This document shows positions 20,594 through 29,232 of a stretch of DNA of 64,000 bases, piece after piece. The translations under genes and the position numbers were made by a program. This stretch comes from a virus (taxonomy: Duplodnaviria; Caudoviricetes). Every line of letters starts with the position of its first letter. The stretch's first letter is position 1. The stretch is from positions 16,390 through 80,389 of the IMG/VR virus record IMGVR_UViG_3300027628_000010; one strand, written 5' to 3'. Below the pieces are notes generated by a model that worked only from the letters and a program-made list of their open reading frames with translations, did no database searches and was not told where the DNA came from.

Positions 20594-21724
20594 ATGGACG
20601 TAAGTAACAGACGCACAATCAAATTATTGCAACCGAAGAAGGACACATTATACCCAACTCGTATTCTAGACAACGATGGAGTTAATTCACTCAATATCAA
20701 CGATACACGATATCCACAGTTCATCAAGTACTATCACAACATGTTAGAGCGTTTCTGGAGACCAGAGAGCGTTAAAATGAATAAAGACAACCTAGACTTT
20801 AAGAAAGCTTCTAAACAGATACAAGAGGCGTATAAGCTGGGATTAGGTAACTTAACAGCGATCGATGTTGTACAGACTCGTATGGCTCGTATTCTAGCAG
20901 TAGTAATCACAGACCCGGCAATCAACTCTGCATACGCTGTAGCAGGGCAGCAAGAGGCAGTACACGTACAATCATACTCGTATGCTATCTTAGATAAGTT
21001 GCCAATTGCAGAACAAAATGTTATGCTTCGTGAAGCTGTACGTAACGAGATGGCTCAAAAACGTAACAGCTTAGTTATTAAAGTGTTGGAAGAAGTAGAG
21101 GACGCATTCAAGCTCTATATCCTAGGAGAAATGGATGTAAAAGATTTTGCTAAGATTCTAGCTCGAGGCTTAGTATCAATGTCTGTACTAGAAGGTATTA
21201 ACTTCTATTCTACATTTATGATGTTCTATCATATTCAACATAAGTTTCAAATCTTAGATGGAACGATTTCACTTATTCGTTACATCCATAAGGACGAGTT
21301 CCAACATACTTACTTGAATGGTCATACGCACCGTGCATTATTAACTGACTATCCTTTAAGCCAAGATGAAATGAAAGAACATATCGATTGGTCATTGGAT
21401 TTCATTAAAGAAAATGTTAAGCGTGAAATTGCATACGGACAAGACCTGTTCAGTACAATCGGTGTACGTCCTTCAGAGATTGATACATACATTCACTGGT
21501 TAGGTAACATCCGTGCTCAATCATTAGGATTACCGCTACCATTCCCGGATACAGTCTTTAAAGCACAAGAGAATCCGATTCCTTGGATGAAGGCGTTTGA
21601 CGATAGCCGCTTAGACTCTGGGCAAAAGATTGACTTCTTTGAATCGTATAACAACCAATATACAAAAGCAGATTCGAAGAATACAGAAGTAAATAAAGAT
21701 GATCGTAGAAAACTTAAGTTCTAA
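20594..21724 (+). CDS. nrdB: Class I ribonucleotide reductase beta subunit
   Basis: All metal ligands and the radical Tyr are present: AIDVVQ, EAVHVQSY, LEGINFY, DEFQH. Confidence 0.9.
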   Translation: MDVSNRRTIKLLQPKKDTLYPTRILDNDGVNSLNINDTRYPQFIKYYHNMLERFWRPESVKMNKDNLDFKKASKQIQEAYKLGLGNLTAIDVVQTRMARILAVVITDPAINSAYAVAGQQEAVHVQSYSYAILDKLPIAEQNVMLREAVRNEMAQKRNSLVIKVLEEVEDAFKLYILGEMDVKDFAKILARGLVSMSVLEGINFYSTFMMFYHIQHKFQILDGTISLIRYIHKDEFQHTYLNGHTHRALLTDYPLSQDEMKEHIDWSLDFIKENVKREIAYGQDLFSTIGVRPSEIDTYIHWLGNIRAQSLGLPLPFPDTVFKAQENPIPWMKAFDDSRLDSGQKIDFFESYNNQYTKADSKNTEVNKDDRRKLKF

Positions 21725-21739
21725 TTGGAGGAAAACAAC

Positions 21740-21997
21740 ATGGCAAATCAATTAATCAAATTAGAGAAACATCACTGTAGATACTGCGGAGAGCTAGATA
21801 AGCATTTAAAGGCTCTAGAGCTCCCGTACACGGCTTATAATATGGATGACGAACCAAAGTATGCTACACAATATGGCGTTATGAGCGCCCCGGTACTTAT
21901 CTTAGCGGACGAGGAAGGAAATGCAATTAAACAAGTTAATGGATTCTTCAGAGATCAAATTGACGAGTTAATTGAAGAGTTTCAGAAGGGAGAGTAA
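21740..21997 (+). CDS. Thioredoxin/glutaredoxin (NrdH-like)
   Basis: CRYC active site and cis-Pro motif SAPV; follows the RNR beta gene. Confidence 0.85.
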   Translation: MANQLIKLEKHHCRYCGELDKHLKALELPYTAYNMDDEPKYATQYGVMSAPVLILADEEGNAIKQVNGFFRDQIDELIEEFQKGE

Positions 21998-21998
21998 C

Positions 21999-22205
21999 AT
22001 GAAGACAAATATGGAAGTAGTTAGTGGGACGTTAGTAATTACATCCCTTGACGGTGAGTTCTATGCAGAGGTAGATGTTGAAACAGGAGTAACAGAAATA
22101 ACTAATCACGGAGACATTAATAAGCTCTACGCCTTTGTAAATGCTGTTAGAAATCGTTACAGAAGATTTCTTAATAGTAAGGCAGCTGAGGATTTTCTAG
22201 AGTAA
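21999..22205 (+). CDS. Hypothetical protein
   Basis: RBS agggag. Confidence 0.55.
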   Translation: MKTNMEVVSGTLVITSLDGEFYAEVDVETGVTEITNHGDINKLYAFVNAVRNRYRRFLNSKAAEDFLE

Positions 22206-22230
22206 AGAGGCTAAAAAAGCCTCTTTTTTT
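22204..22230 (+). terminator. Rho-independent terminator
   Basis: aaagaggc-taaaaaa-gcctcttt followed by a T-run. Confidence 0.85.
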
Positions 22231-22231
22231 G

Positions 22232-22260
22232 TTGACAATATAGTTATAGTATGGTAAACT
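22232..22260 (+). promoter_or_regulatory. SigA-type promoter
   Basis: TTGACA-17-TG.TAAACT (extended -10). Confidence 0.8.
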
Positions 22261-22297
22261 CTGTATATAGCTTGTAACATATGAGGAGGAAAATTAA

Positions 22298-22696
22298 ATG
22301 AAGAGTAAATTATTTATCGCAGTTTTGTTTTCAGTACTATTAGCGTTATCAGGTTGTTCAGAGGCAGACACAGTTTCAGAGAATCTATCAAAATCAGCGG
22401 ATTCATTCAAAGTACAGAGACGAGTAGTATTCTTTAACGGAATTACAGACAAATATTTACTTACAGTTGAAGGACGTTGCGCCCTTAATACAGACAGCGC
22501 AAAGAAATTAACGGTTACTTGTAAAACTGGAAAAGGTAAATACAAGAAACACTACCTTGGATTAAGTGACAACGTAAGCTACTTCGTGGAACAGACAGAT
22601 GCAAAGTATGAAGATGCTTACCATTATAAAGTATTGTTCAGACCAGAAACAATTATCCCGGATGTAGACTTACAAACAAGTAAAGACGAAAACTAA
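22298..22696 (+). CDS. Lipoprotein
   Basis: Signal peptide with lipobox LSGC. Confidence 0.8.
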   Translation: MKSKLFIAVLFSVLLALSGCSEADTVSENLSKSADSFKVQRRVVFFNGITDKYLLTVEGRCALNTDSAKKLTVTCKTGKGKYKKHYLGLSDNVSYFVEQTDAKYEDAYHYKVLFRPETIIPDVDLQTSKDEN

Positions 22697-22707
22697 TTTT
22701 ATTAACT

Positions 22708-22739
22708 AAGTAGAGGGCTTTTCTAGCCTCTACTTTTTT
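22708..22739 (+). terminator. Rho-independent terminator
   Basis: aagtagagg...cctctactt followed by a T-run. Confidence 0.8.
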
Positions 22740-22805
22740 ATTTTGTGGTATAATAAAGATATACATAATATTCTGAAAATTCTAAAGAATGGAAGGTAAA
22801 AGAAA

Positions 22806-23564
22806 ATGACACGAAAGAAAAGTCTTAACATACACAATACCGACAGGTTGTTTAATCTAAATTTAACTACAAAGCAGGATGAGGCTAATTTTATTAAAGT
22901 TACACGTATTAATGAAAAAGCTATTGAAAGAGAGATGGACCAGCTAAAAGCCAAGTCTACTCGTTTTAAAAAGCGCAATAAGAAGCATTATCTACTATAT
23001 AAAGAGCGTTATGGTAATGATACAATCCAAGATAAAGTGTTTGATCATGGTGGACACATCTATTACTACACAACAGACCGAGTTCCTGTTCCGATTATTA
23101 ATAAGCTTGCAGCAGTACCGCAGTCAGAAGTCGTTTACTTTTGTAAGAAAGAACATACATTAGAAGACGTTCGAAATGTTCAGCTTGTATCGATGGCTAC
23201 TAAAGTCTCTATCGATGTACCAATCGTACTCCCGGATATTAATATTTACGATTATCTCTTTTCACTGTACCCGTTACGGTACCATGTAGACAAAGTAAAA
23301 ATTTCTTTCCCTGCATTAAGTGAAAAAGAAATCCAAGATCGTCACAAACCATACTATGTATTCTACAATGGTATGTATCACTTAAAATCTAAATACAAAT
23401 ACCTATGCTTTCAGTACCTACAGGAGCCGCTATCCACTTGGAAAATGAATATTTGGCTAATTTGTGACTCTAAGAGAGATATGGCTATGGTAGAGGAAAT
23501 GGTGATTAAAGATAACAAACGTTTCCGCAAAGCAACATCTATCGATGAAGGGAGTGCGGAATAA
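22806..23564 (+). CDS. Conserved hypothetical protein (252 aa)
   Basis: Long ORF preceding the HU-like gene. Confidence 0.7.
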   Translation: MTRKKSLNIHNTDRLFNLNLTTKQDEANFIKVTRINEKAIEREMDQLKAKSTRFKKRNKKHYLLYKERYGNDTIQDKVFDHGGHIYYYTTDRVPVPIINKLAAVPQSEVVYFCKKEHTLEDVRNVQLVSMATKVSIDVPIVLPDINIYDYLFSLYPLRYHVDKVKISFPALSEKEIQDRHKPYYVFYNGMYHLKSKYKYLCFQYLQEPLSTWKMNIWLICDSKRDMAMVEEMVIKDNKRFRKATSIDEGSAE

Positions 23565-23869
23565 TGGCTGTAAATCGTAAAGAGCTAGCTAGACGCATTG
23601 CCCATCGAGGCGGATTTAATATCGGAGATGTAGAAAAAGTACTTGAAATATTTGAAGATGTTATAGTAGATACACTTAACGAAGGGGATTCAGTAAAGCT
23701 AGGTAAGCTGCTGAAGCTATTTCTAGAAGAGCTCCCCGAAAAGAATGCGTTTGATGGACTTAATAAGCGTTATTTCATTCGAGAGGCTAAACGGGTCCCG
23801 AAGGTAAAGCTACTAACCAGACTCAGTAATATTGAACTTCCTGCCGAGAAGAAAGATACAGAGGGATAA
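23564..23869 (+). CDS. HU/IHF-like DNA-binding protein
   Basis: NRKELARRIA...GDSVKLGKL...KRVPKVK, an HU-fold pattern. Confidence 0.85.
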   Translation: MAVNRKELARRIAHRGGFNIGDVEKVLEIFEDVIVDTLNEGDSVKLGKLLKLFLEELPEKNAFDGLNKRYFIREAKRVPKVKLLTRLSNIELPAEKKDTEG

Positions 23870-23883
23870 TATCCCTCTTTTTT
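23860..23883 (+). terminator. Rho-independent terminator
   Basis: agagggat-aat-atccctct followed by a T-run. Confidence 0.7.
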
Positions 23884-23886
23884 ATG

Positions 23887-23915
23887 TTGACAGGCTCCGT
23901 ATGATATAGTATTAT
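23887..23915 (+). promoter_or_regulatory. SigA-type promoter for DNA polymerase
   Basis: TTGACA-17-TATTAT. Confidence 0.7.
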
Positions 23916-23948
23916 TATAGACACGGATACAAGGAGGAGGAAGGTTCA

Positions 23949-25043
23949 TTGGTAAATAGTAAACGAAAAGTATTATTTCTTCAAGAGCATTTAAGAGAAG
24001 ACCATGTGAAGATGACTGATCAATACGGCGGATTCAAAAACGTGTTCTTCCAAACAAAAGGCGGTTCCATTCTTAAGAAACTAGTCGAACAGAAAGATGG
24101 ACTTGGACTTAAACGTGGAGAATACTATATCGATTATGCCTATAGTTTAATTCCTACTGTAACGGCTCGTAACAAATGGAATAACAAAGCTTCAAAATAC
24201 AAGCCCGTTACACAGAAAGAAGCAAACCCAGAATACGAATTTTTGTATGAGCGGATTGTAAGAGAAAAGCCAGACATTATTATTCCCACAGGTAAGCTTG
24301 GATGTAAAGCCTTAATCGGTCAATCGTCTATTTCTACGTTACGTGGGGTGCCTCAAAAAGTCACCATTACTTCAAACAGAGTAGCAGAACAACCACAAGC
24401 TCCAGCACCTACAATGGACGGGGAAACTTACGCTAAATTACAGCAACAGATGGCAATGCTAGAGGAACAAAAAGAAGCATTCCTCAGCGCATATGGAGAT
24501 CGTATAGAAGGTAGTAATGGTCTTAAGAAAGAGTATGGAGCCATTGTATCTCAGATTGAACATTTGCATAATCAAGTAATGGCTAACCAGCAACAGCCGG
24601 AGCCGACAGGCAATACACATGAATGTTGGGTACTCCCTATGTACAGTATGGAGTATATGCTTGTGAATCCAAATATCCAAAACTTAATTGAAGCGGACTT
24701 TGGGACTCTTCAGAAGTATCTTGAACAAGGGGATTCAGCGTTTATAGCTGCTCCAGTAGAGTACGAGCATGTAGAGTCAATCGAACGTGTTAGAGAAATC
24801 TTTACACAAGAGATTCCAAAAGCACCTATCGTTGCATGGGATTTAGAGACAAACACATTAAAACCAGAATTAACAGGCGCTAAGCCTCTTGTAATATCTC
24901 TGTCTTGGGAAGAGGGAACAGGTGTTACAATCCCACTAGAGCATAAGGAGTTTACGTGGTTACCGGGACATCTTGCAGAGATTTATAACTACATAGAAGA
25001 GTTTGTCGGTAATGAAAACATTATCAAAGTCGGACACAACATT
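23949..25043 (+). CDS. polA: DNA polymerase family A, exon 1 (UDG-like domain + start of 3'-5' exonuclease)
   Basis: TTG start; PDIIIPTGK...LRG UDG-like fold; ExoI WDLETN; ends at GHNI of the ExoII motif. Confidence 0.88.
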
Positions 25044-25834
25044 TAACACAATGGGTGTTGTAAAATCCCTCTCATAACGGTGGACGCTAAGTCGAAAGAT
25101 ACGCCAATACCGTGCCTACAGTACTGGTGACAGTAGCTGGGGTGTAGAGACTGATTCGAGCCTTCGTAGGGCAAGATGAGAAGTGGTGTAGTGGCTCCAA
25201 AAGGAGGTAACTACTATGAAAATATGTACAAAATGTCAAGTACCTAAAGATGAGAGTGAGTTCAATAAAGGCAATAAAAGAAAAGACGGTACTCGTCCTC
25301 TAGTAGCTCAATGTAAAGCTTGCCTATCAGCGTATAAGCGTAAGCATTATGGTAATAACAGAGCTAAATACTTAGATAAGGCAAAAGCTCAACGAGAGAA
25401 CAACCCGGAAGAGCTTAAAGCCTATTGGAAAGAGTATCATCAAAAGAACAAAGATAAACGGAATGAACAGATGAAGGAATATGCACAAACAGAAGAAGGC
25501 AAAGCAGCTAGACAGAGAGCTCAAGAGAATTACAGACGCTCCGATCAATACAGCTTAAAGCAAAATGCCCGTAAAAAAGTCTTACGAGCTTTAGATGCTG
25601 GTAAACTACAGAAACCTTCTAAGTGCAGTATTTGTAAATGTGAAGTTCCGTTAGAAGCTCATCATAGGGATTATAGTAAGCCATTAGAAGTAGAATGGTT
25701 ATGTAAAACTTGCCACGAAAATGTACACCACTTAAATGAGGGACATGAATCTGTATAGGTATCTACGAAAAAACCTATTGGAAATGGTTCATGAAGGTAT
25801 AGTCCACTCCTAACCGAAAGGTTAGGGTAAAGTG
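25044..25834 (+). mobile_element. Group I intron (IA2-like), 791 nt
   Basis: The exon ends in U paired U.G in P1 (acaacatt/ggtgttgt). R element GTGTAGAGACT (~25142), S element AAGGTATAGTCC (~25793), P9 cctaacc-gaaa-ggttagg and terminal G. Splicing restores GHNI-QFD. Confidence 0.92.
25216..25758 (+). CDS. Intron-encoded zinc-finger HNH endonuclease
   Basis: N-terminal CTKC...CKAC; C-terminal CSIC...AHHRDYSKPLEVEWLCKTCH; lies between the intron R and S elements. Confidence 0.85.
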   Translation: MKICTKCQVPKDESEFNKGNKRKDGTRPLVAQCKACLSAYKRKHYGNNRAKYLDKAKAQRENNPEELKAYWKEYHQKNKDKRNEQMKEYAQTEEGKAARQRAQENYRRSDQYSLKQNARKKVLRALDAGKLQKPSKCSICKCEVPLEAHHRDYSKPLEVEWLCKTCHENVHHLNEGHESV

Positions 25835-28063
25835 CAGTTCGATATTCGTTTCCTTCGATTAACAAAAGGATTTACTAAGTTTGTCAATCATCGTGATACG
25901 AAGGTTATGTACTATCTACTAATCAATCAGGAAGTTGAGTCTTCTTTACGATTAAGTGATATGGCATACGAGCTTACAGACATGGGTGGATATGACCGAG
26001 CTTTAGAAGATTACAAAAAGAAATATTCAGCAGACTATATTGCTAAAGAGAAAGAGCGTATTAACAATTGGAAAGCTGAACATAAGAAAATGGTTTCTGA
26101 AGCAAAGGCAAAACATAAAGCAGAAGTAACCGAGCTTAAGAAACATTACCGGGAGTTAGTTAAGGCAGAGAAAAAGCTTGCTAAGGTAGAAGAAAGAGAG
26201 CCTAACTATATTCCTGAGCCAGTTCTTCCAGAAGCGCCAGTGTTTGAAAAGCCAGACTTCGGTGAAGCACAAGCACCAAAGAATGAAGTGGACCAATCCG
26301 ATTTTAACTATGAGTGGATTCCATTAAAAGATATGCTTTCTCCTTATGCTAGTGGAGACGTAGATTGCTGTTTACGTATCTATAACAAGCTAGACGTTGT
26401 AGGGAAGAAATCGGAGAACGAAAGAATCCGTAACTTATATACAGGACACTTTACACAATTGACTGCTAGCTTAGCAGAAATCGAAGCAAACGGCGTTATG
26501 ATGGATGTAGCTTATACTCAAAGCCTTGTAGACGCATATACAGAGGAAGAAGATCGAATTGTACAAGAACTTCGAAAATTCCCGGAAGTACAGCGCCTAG
26601 AAGCAGAGCTAACAACTCTGTATCAAAGAGGTATTGAAGAGTGGGCTAAGCCGCCAGCAGAACGTGATGAAACAATCGCTAAGTTACGAGATAAATATAA
26701 AGATGGCAAAACGATTTTTAGTCCAAACTCTTCAGAGCATAAGAAAAAGGTTCTTTTTGAATACACGGGAATTAAACTTCCTTATAACAAAGAGTTCCTA
26801 GTCAAATCAGCTGTAGAAGATGGACTACCTGAAGATCAAATCGAATGGTACCACTATAAGACGGATACAAAAGCAGCACTTCCATACTTAGTAGAGAACC
26901 ATGAAGAAGTAAAAGAACTAGCAGAAATGCTACTTACCCATTCATTAGTTAAGACACGTAAGCAAAACTTTACGTACAAACTATTGAAGATGATTGACCC
27001 TGTAGGAAAACTGCATGGGGGATTTAACTTAACAGGGACTGCAACATCTCGTCTGTCATCACAAAATCCAAACTTACAGCAAATGCCACGTAAAACAGGT
27101 GACGTTACACGATTCGACTATAAGCACCCGATTAAGCGTATGTTTGTTACAAGCTTTAAAGGCGGAGCATTGCTACAGCTGGATTACAGTTCCTTGGAGT
27201 CTAGGATTCTTGCTTTAGCCGCTAAAGATGATGAAATGACACAAGCCTTTTTAGATGGGGCTGATATCCATAAGGAAACTGCATCTCTAGTATTCGGCGT
27301 ACCAATCGATCAAGTTACAGACGATATGCGTTCTAGTGCCAAGAGTACAACGTTCGGTATCGCCTACGGGGAGACTCCATTTAGTTACTTCGCTAAGCAT
27401 GGTATGACATTAGAGCAAGCTGAGAAACTATTTGAAGACTTCTTCAGAAACAAACCACGTATTAAAGCGTTTATCGATGAAATCCATGCATTTGTTAAGA
27501 AACATGGATACGTAGAGTGTATGCAAGGCTTTAGACGTAGATTACGTGACATTTACTCACAAGATAATTCTAAAAAGAACTCTGCACTACGTCAATCAGT
27601 AAATACAGTTATTCAGGGTACAGGTGCATTCTTAACGAACTCATCTGTTATTCATATCAATAACTTTATTAAAAAGAATAACTTCCGTTCTAAAGTTATC
27701 CTTACCGTGCATGACTCTATCGTACTTGATTGTCCACCTGAAGAGATTCACGTAATGGCTAAGGTAGCTAGACACATCATGGAAAACTTACCGATTGATT
27801 GGCTATATATCGATTGGAAAGGTGAGCGTTTACGTTACCCAATCGCCGCTGATATCGAGATCGGCGTGACGTACAATGATATGGTGGACTATGACGTAGA
27901 GGAGCTTAACACGTTCCAATCCGTTAAAGGATACTGTAAGTTCCATTTAGACCTGAAGAAGGTTAAGAACTACCGAGAGTCTAAAGTTATAGACAAAGAG
28001 AAAGAAGAGCAGCTTAAAGAGGCTATTAAAGCCAAGAAACAAGCATATCAAATGGTTGTATAA
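25835..28063 (+). CDS. polA: DNA polymerase family A, exon 2 (spliced product 1107 aa)
   Basis: ExoIII YASGD; motif A DYSSLESR, motif B RSSAKSTTFGIAYG, motif C VHDS. Confidence 0.93.
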   Translation, partial: QFDIRFLRLTKGFTKFVNHRDTKVMYYLLINQEVESSLRLSDMAYELTDMGGYDRALEDYKKKYSADYIAKEKERINNWKAEHKKMVSEAKAKHKAEVTELKKHYRELVKAEKKLAKVEEREPNYIPEPVLPEAPVFEKPDFGEAQAPKNEVDQSDFNYEWIPLKDMLSPYASGDVDCCLRIYNKLDVVGKKSENERIRNLYTGHFTQLTASLAEIEANGVMMDVAYTQSLVDAYTEEEDRIVQELRKFPEVQRLEAELTTLYQRGIEEWAKPPAERDETIAKLRDKYKDGKTIFSPNSSEHKKKVLFEYTGIKLPYNKEFLVKSAVEDGLPEDQIEWYHYKTDTKAALPYLVENHEEVKELAEMLLTHSLVKTRKQNFTYKLLKMIDPVGKLHGGFNLTGTATSRLSSQNPNLQQMPRKTGDVTRFDYKHPIKRMFVTSFKGGALLQLDYSSLESRILALAAKDDEMTQAFLDGADIHKETASLVFGVPIDQVTDDMRSSAKSTTFGIAYGETPFSYFAKHGMTLEQAEKLFEDFFRNKPRIKAFIDEIHAFVKKHGYVECMQGFRRRLRDIYSQDNSKKNSALRQSVNTVIQGTGAFLTNSSVIHINNFIKKNNFRSKVILTVHDSIVLDCPPEEIHVMAKVARHIMENLPIDWLYIDWKGERLRYPIAADIEIGVTYNDMVDYDVEELNTFQSVKGYCKFHLDLKKVKNYRESKVIDKEKEEQLKEAIKAKKQAYQMVV

Positions 28064-28091
28064 GTTTTTTAAAAAAGTTTGTACTTTATAC

Positions 28092-28120
28092 TTGCAATAC
28101 AGACAAGGTTATAGTATTAT
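28092..28120 (+). promoter_or_regulatory. SigA-type promoter
   Basis: TTGCAA-17-TATTAT. Confidence 0.6.
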
Positions 28121-28176
28121 AGATTATACAGAGAGGCGATACAAGCCTCTCAGTAACCAAAAGGAGGAGGAACTGA

Positions 28177-28698
28177 ATGGAAATCAAGATTGATTCATTC
28201 GACTTCGATCTTCTAAGACTAGTAGATGAAACTGGGCAGTACATGGAGTACAATCTCCGGGATGAGCTGAAAGTAAATGAGGCTAACCTAGAGATAGAGA
28301 TGTTGAACCAGCCAGCCAAATTCATTTACTGGGCTTCCATCTTGGAAAAGCTTAAATACTTCCAAGAAGCTAAAGAGCTCGAAGCAGAGCAAGTTACAGC
28401 TCGAGTAGATACAGAAGCTCGAGACAAGTACAAAGGTACAGAGACAAAAGCCACGAAAGATGTAGTAGAGGCATATCGGAAACAGCATGAGGACTACATA
28501 GCGATCATGATGGAGTTACAAAACTATAACTACATTGTAGGGCGTATTGCTCGTATCGTAAAAGCCTTTGAACAACGTAAGGACATGTTACAGTCTTATG
28601 GTAAGCAAATCGCTGAGCAGAAGATGTTCGGTAGAGGTGCTGGTTCCACATTACACGATGGCGGCTATAACAATATGACTCCGGGAGGAGGGTATTAA
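28177..28698 (+). CDS. UvsY-like recombination mediator
   Basis: Long helical protein (LKVNEANL..EM..QP...KAFEQRKDML) resembling T4 UvsY; lies upstream of the ssb and recA genes. Confidence 0.6.
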   Translation: MEIKIDSFDFDLLRLVDETGQYMEYNLRDELKVNEANLEIEMLNQPAKFIYWASILEKLKYFQEAKELEAEQVTARVDTEARDKYKGTETKATKDVVEAYRKQHEDYIAIMMELQNYNYIVGRIARIVKAFEQRKDMLQSYGKQIAEQKMFGRGAGSTLHDGGYNNMTPGGGY

Positions 28699-28914
28699 GT
28701 GACTAATGTAGTTAAAGTAGCGTGTTGGTATTTATTCTTCTACATTACACTATTTGTTGTATGGCTTATTATATCTGATTGGTTGTTTGGAGGGATATAC
28801 GTTTCAGAAGAATGGACACCAGTTGCTGTAGGTGCCGGAGCATTTTTTACCTCACTGTATCTAGTAGATGCATTAAATAAAAGAAAGCAGGGGAAAGCAA
28901 ATGGAGAAAAGTAA
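28699..28914 (+). CDS. Small two-TM membrane protein
   Basis: Two hydrophobic segments; RBS ggagg. Confidence 0.6.
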   Translation: MTNVVKVACWYLFFYITLFVVWLIISDWLFGGIYVSEEWTPVAVGAGAFFTSLYLVDALNKRKQGKANGEK

Positions 28915-29107
28915 TTTACGATATTCATTTGAGAAGATGCATTCAGGTAAGCATAATTACCAAGTACGTATTAATGGTCAATTCATTACGTATGCAGATA
29001 AGAAAGACTCTGCATTGCTAGATAAAGAGTTAGCTGAGTTAGGCTATACATCTCGTAAAGAGGTCTATGACGAGTGTGTAGAAGCAACTATGAATATGCA
29101 AAAATAA
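28901..29107 (+). CDS. Hypothetical protein (68 aa)
   Basis: In-operon ORF. Confidence 0.55.
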   Translation: MEKSNLRYSFEKMHSGKHNYQVRINGQFITYADKKDSALLDKELAELGYTSRKEVYDECVEATMNMQK

Positions 29108-29131
29108 TTAAAAAAAAATGTTATAAAATGC

Positions 29132-29161
29132 TTGACCATAACATACAGTCTATGTTATACT
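29132..29161 (+). promoter_or_regulatory. SigA-type promoter for ssb
   Basis: TTGACC-18-TG.TATACT. Confidence 0.75.
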
Positions 29162-29232
29162 GTTAATACAGTGAAGGAAACGAACTTCACTAGTAAAAAA
29201 AATACTTTAATATTCTAGGAGGAAAAGTACAT

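Noticed and set aside
20594-21724. Metal-free class Ie or Mn/Fe class Ic RNR beta
   Set aside because: All canonical carboxylate/His ligands and the radical Tyr are present.
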